Assembly (NCBI GenBank): GCA_036867785.1
Contig: CP145412.1
Span: 806,001 to 870,000, forward strand
DNA length: 64,000 bases
Direction of reading: 5' to 3'
Source of the DNA: Plasmodiophora brassicae
Taxonomy: Eukaryota
The notes below the pieces were generated by a model. The model saw only the letters and a list, made by a program, of their open reading frames with translations. It did not search any database and had not been told where the DNA came from. Of this stretch, positions 1-13,235 are shown piece after piece. Both the position numbers and the translations under genes were made by a program. Position 1 is the first letter of the stretch. Each line of letters opens with the position of its first letter.

Positions 1-3000
1 GTGCATAGTACGCCCTGACTTGCTCATCGGTGAGATCGGTGTTGATCACGGCGAGATGGGCAATGGTGCCTGCGACCGGGGAGTATGAACTGCGATTCGA
101 TGTCGCGAACACGTTCAGTTGCATGGTGCTGGGTTGCGGTCTGCATTGCACCATGGTGTCGTACATCGTCGTCCCTGGGCCTAGCCTCTGCGTCCACGAC
201 ATCAGTAACAGAGAGAGGGGGAGAGCGCGGAAAGGGAGCTGGTGCACACCTGGGTGTAAACTCTGATGTAACTATCTGCCGACATGACGATTGCGACGAA
301 GAACCATTGATTGGGGACCAGGGCTGCGTCTGGGTTCACCCAAACGGTACAGTTGCAGCATTCCGATGATCGAGTCGACACAATTAGCCTGGCACGAGTT
401 TAAGAGGGCAGTCGGTTGTCGGGTAGAGTGACATCTTTGCCGACCTTCCATCTGAGTTGATGCTCACCTCCGGGTACCGATCGCTGGATGACACGCCCGG
501 CTGGGCGCTAAACAGGCTGGACGTTGACGGTAGACTGGTGACCTTGACGTAGAGGACATAGGTGAGTTCGGCCATCGATTGCGGCATGGATAAAGATGTC
601 GTCAGCTGTAGGCCTGGCGAAGGGGAGAACGCTCGACGGAAGATGTCATATTGCAGATAGGATTGTGACCCGTTCATGTGGTGCCTCATGGAGATGTCTT
701 GAATTTGCGTTGGTGACAGCCACCCGTTGAAGAACGAGACATCGCCAACGAGGACGTCTGCCACCGGGTAATGTCCATCACTGCTGCCCAAGAGCAGCCG
801 TGCACCAGGTTGTACGACCTTCAGGCCACGATACTGCGCCTGGTATACCTTCAAAGGGCCTCGGTTACCCGGCTGTTCATGGTGCTCAGAACGAACTGGG
901 TAAACGTGTGTACAAGCAAGCGTGTACCGAAAAGTACACCCAGATGCCACGATCGACTTCAATCGTGAACGCCAAGAAGAACCATGTGCTGAGCGATAAC
1001 CCGAAATCGAACTGGGCTTGAAAGTTCATCCCCCCAGCGACGCTAGATTGCTGGTAAATTGTCAAGCTACAAGAGTCGGCGAGATGTTAGGCACGACTCC
1101 GTTCAATGGGTAAGAGCCCGGTCGTACCTGCGATTCACGCCAAGCAGAAGGGTTGGGGTCAGCTCGCTGGTACCCGGAGTCTGTACAGCGAGGATTGCTG
1201 CTGGGTTCATCAAAGTCCAGCTTTTGATGTACACCCACATCGTGAACGTCATATCGAGAGCCAGCGACACGTTCAAAGCGGCAGGGCCGACTAGCAGGTC
1301 GCGTTGTGGCTGTATCGGTGTCGTTAGGATCTGTGTCTCGACAGCAGGCGGTACTGGGGGCGACGGCTGCTGCGTCACGTTGTACGACGTCTGAGCAACC
1401 ATCGTGACCTGCGAATCAGGGAAGCTCCCGTTCCAGTAGGTGAATTCTGAAACGAAGACGGGCGCAGGAGGATATTGCCCGTCAGCCACAGGGGTGCTCA
1501 TGTACAGAGACGAATTCAAGTGCCGTTGTAGGTTAACGCCAGGCACTGCACTGGAGGCCTTCTCCTTCACGGTGGCACCAGTTGCATTCTGCACAGACCA
1601 ACTATCAGGAGCTTACTTTTCAGTGCAGCGGGCGGGGGTTACGGTCAGGTAGATGTCGACACCTCTACCAGATCGGACGACGGCGCAGACGAAATGCCAT
1701 TGCTCGACCACGAGGGAGGCGTTCGTCGTGACTTTCGCCCACGTTTGGTTGCTCACGGCCACTTCGAAATGCAACCTGAGCAGGTACGCGCGTTACGATC
1801 AGTCTCACATCGTACGTAGGTGGCACACTTTCTCGTACCGGCCGTCATCCAACATAAGTAACCGAAGCGAGGGCGTGCTCTTGGTTGCTCTGGACAATAT
1901 GACGCTCCCGCCGTGTGGGAGGTAGTACGGGTACACCAGCAGCGTATACGTCTCGTCTAGACTGGAGAACGACGATAACGAGGGCCAGGGCAGGACTGCC
2001 GCATCAGACCGAGATGGCTTAACCGGCGCCTTCCCGATGACATCCAGGCGAGCAATGTCGTTGATGATGGTGAATGTCATGTTCACCATCTCAGTGAGGA
2101 CAGCCTGAAGTTGTGCGTCTAATAATGTGCTATTCCAGAACGAGAATTCGGCAACGTAAACGTCGGCCGGCAGGAAGCCATTATCGGCAGCGTTCGACCC
2201 AAGGTACACGGACGCGTTCACTGGAATTGTGTTGCGCCCGGTTGCCATCTCGATTCCAGACCACGTCCAGGACGTAAACGGCGCCTTAGGCTATGGGACC
2301 AATTGCTTGTAAGATAAGGCAATTCACGACGGGTCCTTCCGCCGTTACCGCAAGATACGCGTAAGCGGCACGACCCTCTTGGATGACGAATGCCATAAAA
2401 TACCACACGCTTGGAGAGAGGCGCAAGCGTGACGTTATCCCGAACGACATCGGCGTATCCGAATAGAAGTACACCCTAGAGACAGCCCATGTTCACTGGA
2501 AGGCGCGGCACCAGCGACGACTATTGCCTTACTGTCCGGTATTCAAGAGACGAACGGCCGGTGCGTGTCCAGTTGATCCTTGACGTTGCGTGCTGAACAG
2601 CATACCCGAGCATTCCGTTGATTCTTTGAGCTGGACAAACATGGTGTACGTGACGCTTCTCGATGCGGTCGTTGGCAAAGCAGTCCATGGGCCGACCGGC
2701 GGTTCCCCCTGACGAGGAGAGACAGCTGTTGTGCCCACTAACGGGTACTTGACGACCGAAAACGCCTGGATCGAGTAATTCTTCGCCGCATGAGCATTGT
2801 AGAAGTCGAAGATGATGGAGTCGTTGTCGGCGGTGCCGTTGAAGAATGTCAGGTCGGCAACGACAACGTCGGCCAGTGGACGGTTTGGGTCAACGGTCCC
2901 GACCATGACGACTGCATCGGCCGGGGCACTGCTCATGCCACGAACGAAACGGGTTGAGGTGGCGAGAGCTGCGCCACGTGTTCTATTTGCCTAGCATACC

Positions 3001-6000
3001 ATCTGGGTCAGCAGGACGGTGAGTACGAAAGGGGACAGGGGACCCACAGTCGAGTACAGGGTGACGTAACCATCGGAGTAGACCGACCAGGCCAGAAAGT
3101 ACCATCTCCCGGCAACGACGCCAGTATAAATCGGGATTCCACCTATCGTCGTGTTGGTGAAATTGAGGTAGAACCTGAGCACAGGCGTCGTCGCTGGTCA
3201 GTATGGTCCTGAATAAGGCTGCTAGGGGCAGCGACTGACGTTCCGCCATTGACAACACCAGATGACGTTGTGTTCTGGTTGACGAGGTAGAGTATCGGGA
3301 AGTAGCTGCTGGGCAACGACGGTGACGCGACAGAGAACACGACATCCGACGACAACGGCAGGCTGTCGACACGAACGAACAGACAGAACGTGTGGTCCAG
3401 AGACCTCAGCGGGATCGTGGAGGCGCTGGCAACGACCTGTCCCCAAGCGGGTCGAACCGGCTGGGGAGTCATCGTAAACGCCATTGGCACTACCCACGGT
3501 ATCGTATACGTCTCGTTCCTCGACTTGTAATACGCCAGGACAGTGGCGTCGTCAATGGTGCCGTTCCAGTACTCCACGTCCCTGAGGTAGACGCGGGCGG
3601 TTGGGTAGTCGTCATCGGCTGCGCTAGACCCGAAGAAGACTGATGCATTGGCAGGCATCTTGGTCGACCCACGAACTGTCTGGGCCGTGATCGTGGCGTT
3701 AGGGACCAGGGGTGCGGTCTTACCCTTTCAAAGCACTGATTAGGAGAACGAATCATGCATGAACCATTCGGCTTACAACGGTCCAGACTCTAGCCCAACG
3801 ATTGCTGCTCACGGTAAAGGCCAGGAACGCCCAGTTGCCGGTGGTCGCTCTGGAGGTGTTGGTCCAGATATCGAAGCCAATAGCCCCGGGTTCACGAATA
3901 CGGAACCTGATATCTCGTGAGATCGCCCGACTACTCCGATTGATAGTGAACGCACCGCCCATCATTGTTCAGGAGCACCCTCGGCGACTCCATGTTCGTT
4001 CCCTGGCGCTGGACGACCATGACGGAATCGATCCACGACGGCATCCGGCGAACGTATACGAACATGGCAAAGCTCCAATCAGCAGACGCGAGCGGGAGCG
4101 TCTGCCATGTTGCAACGGGATGGTTGCTACGTGACGGTACTGCCAACGACGATGTCGTCAACGGGAATGACACTGTCGGGGGCTCGGCGGAATCCACCAG
4201 CGTCGCATTACAATGTTTCGAGAAGTAACCCAGGACCTTTGGCAGGATCGTATCAGACACAGACGTGCTACTCGACACTGCCGAATACCTCATCGTACGA
4301 CAGTGATCCATTCCAGTAGGTGAGGTCGTAGACGATGGCGGATGATGGCGGGTTGTCGTTGTCAGCAGCACACTGGCCAAGGTAGACGGATGCGTTCGCA
4401 GGCATCGACGGGAATCCTCGATACTGGCCAGGCATATGAAGACGGGGAGCCTGAGTCCTCTCCTGTTTCCAGATGTAGTATCAGTCGAAGATTCAGCTGC
4501 CGTTAGCGTTGAACGAACCGCAACGTAAAACCAGAAGCCATGGTCGATCTCGGTGATGATGCAGGCGGTGTAGGCAACCCCAACAGTCAGGTTCCAGGTG
4601 GTTGCCCAGACGCCATCAGTACTATTCCAGGCGGTTGACCTGACGACCGTCGGGAAAACCGTCGATGAATAAAACAGCCTGAGGCGAGCGCTGGATTAGT
4701 AAGAGCAACGCTTTACGCCAACGCCATTACCGTCCGTTGGGTGCCACCAGCAACTGAGGCGCACGCTGATTGGTGCCATCTCGCTGCACAGTAAACAGGA
4801 CCTGCCAGTCGACGAACGGGTACAGTAGGCGGAATACAAGACAGTAGCTGGCTTCGACAGAACCCAGCGGGACGGTGGTCCAGTTAGCCAGTGGAGAACC
4901 ACCTTGAGTCGGAATCGACGGTCGCGTTAACAGCGGATGCCTGGTGAACGCGTCGACGTTCCCGTAGGTGTTGTTCCTGTTCGTCAGGTAGTACTGCTGT
5001 ATCTGGGCCAGAGGCAAGCTCCCGTTATAGAACGACATATCCCTGACAAAGACGTCGGCGGCTGGATAAGGCGAGCCCCCTGAGGACATGCCAAGATAGA
5101 CGGAAGCGTTCGCCGGGATTGGATTTACGCCACGAAACATGTTAATGGACGTTAATCGCACAGCAGTGTCCCTCGGATCCTGTAATCGGCAAGAGAGTCA
5201 GCAACGACACGTAAGAGGACGCCTGTGCTGTGAGCGAACCGCCGCGTATGTCGATATGACTTTGTCACCGGCGAATGCAATGGCGATGAAGTACCATTGT
5301 TCCAACTGTATCGTTGTGTTCGTCAGGTTCACGTCGACGTGTTGAGTCGTGTCGAACTCCATGTAGAGCCTGTAGCGGATTCAGAAACGGGTATCCATGA
5401 CAGTGATCGAGGAACTTGCCTCGTGCCGTTGACGAGGAACAGCTGCGGTGCTCTCATGGGTGACCCTTCGGCCTGGACCGAGAGAACCGTGCTCCATCTT
5501 GGGCATGGATTCCGCACCTGAACGAACAGGACGAACGTGCCATCCGGCGAATGCAACGGCACGCTGGAGTTAGACGCGACCGGGGGACCGCCGTTTCTCG
5601 GCCTCTGGGGCGATGTCACAATTGGGTATCGTGTCGCGGGCAACGATGACGGGAACGTCGACGTGCTATACGTCAGTATATACGAGAACAGCTCGTGCTG
5701 GTCCAATGGTCGGTTGAGGAATGCGAAGTTGGCGATCATGGCGTCAACCGGAGGCTGATTGCCATCGACGGCGCTGACGTAGAGCTGTGAACCTGACGAG
5801 ATGTGGAGGCCCGTGCTGATGTTCGCCGTCACCGCTGTCAGCGCATTAGCGCTGGCAGTCGCCAGATCCTGTACGGCGCGTCACAATTGAGTAACTGGTG
5901 AATTGCACACCGGCTGACGAACCCCGATGTAAATGCTTTCGTTGTGCCGACTATGGACGACGATCCCGAGGAAGTACCATCGGTCTGGGACGAGGGCACC

Positions 6001-7035
6001 GGCCCTCGTTACAAACGGAGCCGCAACACCTGGTATGTCTAACGAGATGCTGTTGTCGTTGTCGGTCAGCGGTTGTGATGATGGTAAGCGATGTGGGCGG
6101 ACACGCCTTACCTGCCGTTCGTCTGGATGTCGGCCGAGATGGAGAACGTCCCTGTTGATTTCGGCGTCTGTACCCGGAAGAGATTGGCGGGCGAGAAGAG
6201 GGACTGGCGGATGTTGATAAACATGACGAAGGTCATGTCCGTCGAATTGACAGGCCCTAGCGAATGGCCTCTTTGCGGTTCGAATACAGTAACCTGACGT
6301 GGAGGTCTCGTGGTCGACCTTCTCGTCGTCAGAGCCGTGTTTCGGATCGTCCTGTTGTGTAATGTCATGCATAACAACGAATGCGAGACAGCAGTTGGGT
6401 ATAATGGACGCACGTCATCGGTTTCACGACCCAGAACAGCGCCTTGAAGTTCATCAGCATTGTCGTGGAATTGGAGAAGAACGAAATGAACATGGACGGC
6501 CCTCTGGACTGGAAGACCGCCGTCGGCACCGACGACGATCGGTGCAACTCAACAGAGCCGTTTAAAGGCGTCCTTCTGTCGCCTTCGTAAAAGTCGATGC
6601 CTTCGACACCGTCGGCATCGGCCACGAACGCCAGGGCCTGGATGGCGACTTTGTCGCCAGCTGGGACATCGACCTCAATCTGGCAATCCAGATGGGCATC
6701 GCTCGCGATCCAAGTGACGTTATCTGGTAACTGCGACGCGGTCATCGTCGAAACGGACACCGTCGACGAATTGCAATGTGCATGGACTAGGTGACAGGCG
6801 CCGGTCAGCGATGAGAGCGGCACGCAGAGTCGTACATACTATAGCTGAAGTCGGAGCAGATGGCCTTGACGCCACACGACGTGTTCGTATTCGGCAGGGC
6901 CGGGTTGCATACGGTAATCGCCAGGGGCGATCTGGAAAACTCAATCGTGTTCTGGCACGGCGCCGACAGCGACACGAGGCACATGGCGCTGATGACGACG
7001 CCTGCCACCAGGTGGGCCGCATGGGTGATCGTCAT
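1..7035 (-). CDS. Large secreted/surface protein: signal peptide + CUB-like domain + at least 9 tandem LamG/concanavalin-like repeats (multi-exon, runs off window start)
   Basis: N-terminus MTITHAAHLVAGVVISAMCLVSLSA is hydrophobic. CUB-like segment (LDCQIEVDVPAGDKVAIQAL...FQSRGPSMFISFFSN). A motif set ([ST]Fx[ML]FV, WYFxA, PANASVYLG...V.D..[FY][WY]NG.L...I..YY) recurs every ~710 bp in minus-strand ORFs. Confidence 0.75.
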
Positions 7036-7300
7036 GCCGCGTCAGGCCGGCGACGCTTCAGACGCGCGCGTCGCCACAGACGGAACGGCCGCGAAGGCCG
7101 GTTCGGCAGCGCCGTTGTGCCCGCTATAAGCAAGAGAGTGTCAATGTCTGTTCTGCTGAGACTTGCAGCGACCGTGCACTTCGGGCTGCCCTATGGCGCG
7201 CTGACGCGGGCACCCACCGTCACAACTAGTGAAGGGTGGTCTAACAAGAAATGCATATGCGACAGGGAACCAACGAAACCCAGACAGTGCGATGTAATGC

Positions 7301-9949
7301 TCACTGGTCTCCCGAATCCTGACAGTTACCGCCGCTGTTGCTCCTGACAAGGTTGGCGCTGGAGTTGCCACGCGGCAAGCCCTGGTTCGCGCTCGAGCTA
7401 GTACGGGGCGAACCCAGACGCTTCAGCATGCCGGCCAGCAATCTCGAGCCACGCCTCATGCGCGACTCTCGAAGCTCGAACTTGATCGTTGTCGATCCGA
7501 TGACGATCGTATCGCCTGGTAGCAATGGCGCGTGCACCGTTTGGATCCCATTGACAATGGCACCCGTCGACGACCCCAGGTCGAACACTTCGGCATCTAG
7601 AAACAGTAGGTTGAGCTCAAACCTCCTGTCACCACGCATGTACCCATCTGACGAGAATTCGAATAGGCAATCCGGATATGCAACCGCGAGACGTGCTTAT
7701 CGTTCAGGACAATGTCGTTACTCTCGTCGCGGCCAAGGGTGACCTGTGACTTGCCAGGGTCAAGCGTTACCACATGGCGTCCCTTATCCTGGTCGTTCGA
7801 GAGAACGAGAGCGAGTTGCATTGAAACAGGATCTTCGACATGGGCGTCAGGATAACGCAACGAGGTCGATATCGGAACGTACTGTCAAAGCCGTGCACGT
7901 CCCTGTCGTCGGTGCCGACCTGCATTAGACGCTGAACGACAGTACGGAACTGGTTCGTGCTCTTGAACCTCGTAAACGCGGTCTCGAGTCGAGGCACTAT
8001 CCACTAACAGTGTCCGTCAGCAACCGCGAACGAGCTCCCCAACCTTACATACATTCTTGAGGTCGTCGAAGACGTTGATCCCAAGCGCACCCTGGTTCGA
8101 CGCAAGGGCATTTTCGACAGCACTGCCGATTTCGGGGGGCAAGTGCGGCAGGTGATCCGGCGACTTCTTCCCGAGGTACCTGAGCGCGAGCAGTTCAGCT
8201 TGCGCGAGCTGAACAGGTTCCTTAGCGGCGCAGGTATGGATCGACAGCAGGCAATCCAGCAGGGTGTGCTCACACGTTCCATCTGCGGGTGGGTTCAACA
8301 CAGTGGCAACCATGGGCAGGGTTGTAAATACCCAGAAAGTGCCGGAACACGCTGAGAGACGACTCATCTGATTTCAGAAGCTCCTGAAACGTGAAGCCAG
8401 AAACGCGCAGGTCAATGACACGAGCCAGAACTTTCGAAATGTCGTTCTTCTCTGGATCTTTGAGAAGACTGTCGTCGTCGTGGACGCGATCCGAGTTTGT
8501 GTCAGAGACGACGTTTCTCAGCATGCCAGAGAACAGGCTTAAACGTTTGTGTCGAGGAGACCGAGGAGTAACGAGGGATGACCCTGCATCTGATGGAACC
8601 TGGGTGGACTTTCGATGATCATATTTGCACGCGTCGATCGTTTTCTGAATTGCTAAGACGAATGGGTCAGACGAAATGCTAGATGTGCTGAACCGAGCTT
8701 TACCTAGCAGCCATTCGCACATGGCAACCGCGTGTTTAGCTTTGAACGACACGTTCCGCAGGAGAGTCTTTACCGTCAGACTCCAGACACCATTGCGGAT
8801 CAGGTTCGTGTCCATAGACACCGACGCGTAGGATAAGGGAAGGTAAGACTTGGGCCGCTTCGATGTTGACGAATCGAACCAGTACCTGAGAATTGTCACG
8901 GGACGTTCAGTAACCAAGTGCTGGAGTTGAGTCCAGTTATCCCCGACAGTGATTCGTCATGTAGAATCAGGAAAAAGTTAGCGGACTCGGTGCCGCCGTC
9001 GACATCGATCTCGGTGATCTCTACGACACCCTGGAACTGCTTCGAACCTGATGCGAGCATGGAAGTGCATGCATTAACCAAACCCTAGTCGTCCATACAC
9101 ATAAGCACGAGCCATTCGAAGCCAACGGTAGTTGCACGAACCGCGTCCGAGAGTGATTTTAAAATCATCTCAATGCGGTACCGCTGAAGAAACAGTTGCT
9201 TCTTCATCACAGGTGCCACCTTCCTCGAGGCTGCAACCTTCTGCCCCCATAGCTCTTCACCAAGCAGCGGACGCAAGCTTCGTTCAATGCCTTCAATCAG
9301 CTGGATCCGCTGCTCCTCCGATTCACACTTGACAATCAATATGTTGTCAGGCGTGACCACTTTGCAGACATGCTCAGCGATTTCGTTCTCGAGAAACTCC
9401 TTGTAATGGTTCTCCACTTCGCTCCTGCGCTTTCGAATTGCCGAGTTGATAGCCTCCGATGCGATTTTCACATCCATATCGAATTCAGTGAACTCGACGT
9501 CGTTGAAGGAACTGACGAGATCCTCTTTGGCCACGTCGAGAGAAGACATGGTGAAGGAAATGGGGAAACGGTTGACATACGACGTATCGGTATCAAATTT
9601 TCGGCTGAGCAGATAGCCGTTTTCAATCTGGATAAACGTGCGTCGCCAATCCTTCGTTGGCAGCAACGACGAAGCCGCCTGCAATAGGACGTAGCCTTCG
9701 AACGTTGGACCAGCAACAGTTTCGTATTGAGTAAGCCCCGGCTGGTCAGGCTAAGACAACGTACGATTAGACAGGAGATCACACGAGTGCCAACGTTCAA
9801 CCCACACGATAAGGCAGATACCGTAATCGCTCAAGTACCGACGCTGTGCTGACATCCATATTGGAAGAGACGCCGAAGTCGGCATCCTGGTCACCGGCGA
9901 AGCTCGTCTCGGGTAGTTCGTCAAACAGGCCAGGTTTGCTCGTCGTCAT
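7301..9949 (-). CDS. Signalling protein with PH-PH-RGS-like-FHA architecture
   Basis: PH1 (FEGYVLL..KDWRRTFIQIENGYL..IVKCESEEQRIQLIEGI); PH2 (YWFDS..PKSYLPL..SFKAKHAVAMCEWL); RGS-like (FQELLKSDESSLSVFRHFL..RYLGKKSP..NVFDDL..AFTRFKSTNQF); FHA (TLGRDESNDIVLNDKHVSRLH..DLGSSTGAIVNG..LLPGDTIVIG). Start codon uncertain. Confidence 0.75.
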
Positions 9950-10061
9950 TGCAGGTGAAGGCCCGCGAACAGATATTATCGACGATGAGGGAGAAGAGGG
10001 CACACGCACGTGTATCCTTGCAAAATCAAAATGAGCCCAGGACAGGGCCTGGTATCAACAA

Positions 10062-10135
10062 TGGAGGATCCGGTAATCGAAACCGGGACCTCGTCGTTGC
10101 TAACGACGCGTGATGACCAACTACACCAATCCCCC
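10062..10135 (-). tRNA. tRNA-Ala (AGC)
   Basis: Minus strand reads GGGGGAT...CGTCG TTAGCAA CGACG...CCGGT TTCGATT ACCGG ATCCTCC A: cloverleaf, anticodon AGC, G3:U70 alanine identity pair. Confidence 0.93.
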
Positions 10136-10313
10136 ACTGACGTCGCCTACAGGAATTGTATCATTCCGAGTGCTGAAATCCTGGACCGCCCCGAGCCTCG
10201 CACCCACATTGACGATTCCATCGCGATATCAAGAGGTGCCAAAAAGAAACGCTTTGCACAAGCATTGAACAATCCGGTACTCGAGCGGATATGTATGACG
10301 GCAACTGCAAAAG

Positions 10314-10387
10314 TGGAGGATCCGGTAATCGAAACCGGGACCTCGTCGTTGCTAACGACGCGTGATGACCAACTACACCAATCCCCC
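10314..10387 (-). tRNA. tRNA-Ala (AGC), identical second copy
   Basis: Same 74-nt sequence as 10062-10135, followed by TTTT (Pol III terminator) on the minus strand. Confidence 0.93.
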
Positions 10388-10512
10388 GTCCGATGGTATC
10401 GTTACGAACCATCTTCAAGATCAAACATACAGCTGGACCTCCGAAAAAGAGCCGCACGATCTCTTGGGAATACAACACAGCAAGTGTGTGTTGTAGTCGA
10501 AACAAAAAAGAA

Positions 10513-10569
10513 TTGAGAATCCGCCGTTGCTAACGACGCGTGATGACCGACCATCTACACCAATTCCCC
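10513..10569 (-). pseudogene. tRNA-Ala-derived sequence lacking variable loop and T-arm
   Basis: GGGGAAT TG GTGTAGATGGTCGGTCATCAC G CGTCG TTAGCAA CGGCG G ATTCTCA A, then TTCTTTTTT. About 21 nt deleted and 4 nt duplicated in the D-loop relative to the intact copies. Confidence 0.8.
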
Positions 10570-10856
10570 GAGTCGTGTCAGTAGACATCCTGTGTGGAGG
10601 TGGACGGCTACGAATGATCGAATGATCCCGCTTCTGGATACAAAACGCACCCCACGCATCGTTGACCTTCTCCAGGAAGTTTGCGCTTTCGCTGCGACGA
10701 CCGAAATCATAAACGAAATAACCGCCTGGGCATAAACCTGCACTTCGCTATGCCGGCCCGAGCAGAATAGGGCGATACAGATAAAGTGAGGCTGGTGTAT
10801 CGCAGCCAATGTGGCCGTCGAACAAGCGTACCTTCGTGTTGCTGCGCCAAAAACTA

Positions 10857-10930
10857 TGGAGGATCCGGTAATCGAAACCGGGACCTCGTCGTTGCTAACG
10901 ACGCGTGATGACCATCTACACCAATCCCCC
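10857..10930 (-). tRNA. tRNA-Ala (AGC), third copy with one D-loop substitution
   Basis: 74-nt cloverleaf, AGATGG instead of AGTTGG in the D-loop, TTTTT downstream. Confidence 0.93.
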
Positions 10931-11047
10931 AATTGCGCGTACTGGGTAAACGTGGTGGGATATAGGCTTTAGCGCCAAGTCGTGGTTAATAGGTTGAGCG
11001 AGCCGCTCTTGCTTCGTTTGCGGAGTGCGTGACTCCTGACGAGTTTC

Positions 11048-12998
11048 ATGCAGGTTGGTGACGACAACGAGCCGGAATGGCTGCCAAGGTCAACCGTCGA
11101 CCTGACCGATGACTTCCGAAAGGCGACGCAGTCACTCGATGTCGGTGAAATGATCCACGGGCCACGGTTCTCGCTATTTGATGTATACCGACTTCGGCTG
11201 GCTCTGTGAAGGCGTTTGCTTATCGTTGTTTTCTCGCAGTCAATGTCTGCTATCGAACTGTTCGATGAGAAGATGGACCCTCGGCTGAAATATCGTCCTG
11301 TTGAAGGTCCCGATCCAAACATTGGGTTTGAGTGGACGTCCGCTGAGCACGCCATTGCGTGCATTGATCGCATGCTGCAATGCGAAGTACTTGTGCATAA
11401 TGGCGCATCGCTGATTCATTCGCTATTTCTCTGCCGGTGGTTGCATTCTCCTTCATTGCTGCTGCAATCGTCGATGGAATCACCCTGGACGCGCTGTGTC
11501 GTCGCGTACAGTATTGCAGTCCTGCGATGTGTTGCTCGTGCTCTTGACGCCATCTACCTTGCCGATGCCGTATATGAAGAGGATGCTATACTTGACCGAT
11601 TCGGATTCGACCTGGGAGATAAGGTAACGCCGATATTGATGTCACATTGCCCCAGACGGGTGACACACCATACGTATCTAGGTATCGTCGGGATACATTA
11701 TCGGCCTGCTGGATACCGCGCTTGCCGTTCCTGCTCCAAATGAACTTCGCGCGCGTCTGTTGCACCGCCGATCATTTTTGATTGCCATGGAGTACCTTTC
11801 CGATCAATCGCCAACATCGGCACTTGCCTCTCTCGAGCTGGCGTCTGAGTTCTTCCAGCAGACTGTGGATGCTGCCGCAGAGCTGGATCGCGATCGGGAT
11901 TTGTCCCGTCTGCTGACGTGGTTCGACCCAGCTGTTCCGGCGCAATTCATTGCATCGTGTCCGCCGCGTCCAGTGACGTTCCCAAGCCTCAGCGACTGTA
12001 TCGGTACGCATTCTGAAATCGCCAGCCAGCTGCAGTCGCTTTCAGCGTTTGCGTCGTCTTCGAATTCTCTTGGTGACTTGGTCGAATTCTACTCCACCCT
12101 GCATGGAAGCCGCCAGGTTGGCACTGTCGCCAGATCGTGCGCTTTCCTGCTGTTACGTGGCATTGGGCCACTTCATGTGCTAGCACAAAGGAACGGCATG
12201 TCGTCTTCGTTTGCGAATTGTTCCGCGGCCGCCATCGCCGACTGGCTTCGTTGTCTATCGTTAACCCGATCGCGAGCACATCGTTACACGTCCAAGCTAT
12301 TAACGACGTGGCACATCTTGCAGGAACAGGTGCGGCGATTACCACCTCACCAGCCATCGCTGACGATCATTCGCGACCAGCTCATACTCATTGTCGCACG
12401 GCACCTTGAACTTAACCTCGAACTGGATCTTCTAATGTCGACTGAGCGTCCTGGTGCTTTCTTTGTTTTGTCCACTGTGCTTTCCGAATTGTCGGAGCGG
12501 TCCGATTTCGTACAAGGCTGCTTCGATATGGCATCAGGCCTGTACCTCGCCTTTAACGTGTTTAATCGTTTCCGCCCTTCCTCGTGTTTCCGCCCTTCCT
12601 CGTTGTCAATGGCGTCACCTTACACGCAAGCGAAGACCGTGTTCGAGAAACGCTACGAGGCGGTCTTTCGTGCCCTGCCCGACCTCCTGTCCTGGAACGC
12701 ACTTTGCGATAGGAACGCAGAGCTCGACAAAATGGACATCGGCGAAGTTGCCGCCCAATCTGCAGATCGTTTCCGGTCCGCCCGGGCGCGTTTCTCATCC
12801 GCCTCGGCCGCCAGCAAGCTCGCGTCCCAGAACGCGCGCGCTCGAGCCCTCGCCGAAATCGCCATCGGCAACGCCGTCGCTGTCCTCTCCGCCGAACGAC
12901 AGTGCGACAAGCACGCTTCCCTCTCGGTCTCATTCGAACGCGATCACACGTACCCGGTCGTTTCGTTATCCTCTTCCAAACCGATGCCGTCATCCTAG
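11048..12998 (+). CDS. NAA35: NatC N-acetyltransferase auxiliary subunit (Mak10/NAA35)
   Basis: DLTDDFRKATQSLDVGEMIHGPRFSLFD|SMSAIELFDEKMD...HNGASLIHSLF..YEED matches the Mak10 N-terminal signature. Confidence 0.88.
12568..12603 (+). repeat. Perfect 18-bp tandem duplication inside the NAA35 CDS
   Basis: gtttccgcccttcctcgt x2, in frame (FRPSSC FRPSSL). Confidence 0.9.
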
Positions 12999-13235
12999 TC
13001 CACTGTACACTAAAGTCAGGCCGCGCGTTAGGTTCATAGCTCCGTCACGTAGCACAGTGCAGAGTCGCCGCAGGTAGCTGGGCAGTGCAGCTGCACCGTC
13101 GTGGGAAGGTTCCAGCGGCGTTTCGGGAGGAGGCACGGCAAAGTCGGTCGGTGCGGTTGGCACACACGGCATCGCCAGTTAGGTGGCGGGAACCGGGAGC
13201 CGGGAGGCACAGTGGGATCGGACTGCGCCGGCGTC

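Noticed and set aside
10062-10930. CRISPR-like or protein-coding direct repeats (ORF 10010-10516 with repeated EDPVIETGTSS)
   Set aside because: The repeats are reverse-strand tRNA-Ala genes and the ORF is a shadow; no cas genes, eukaryotic context.
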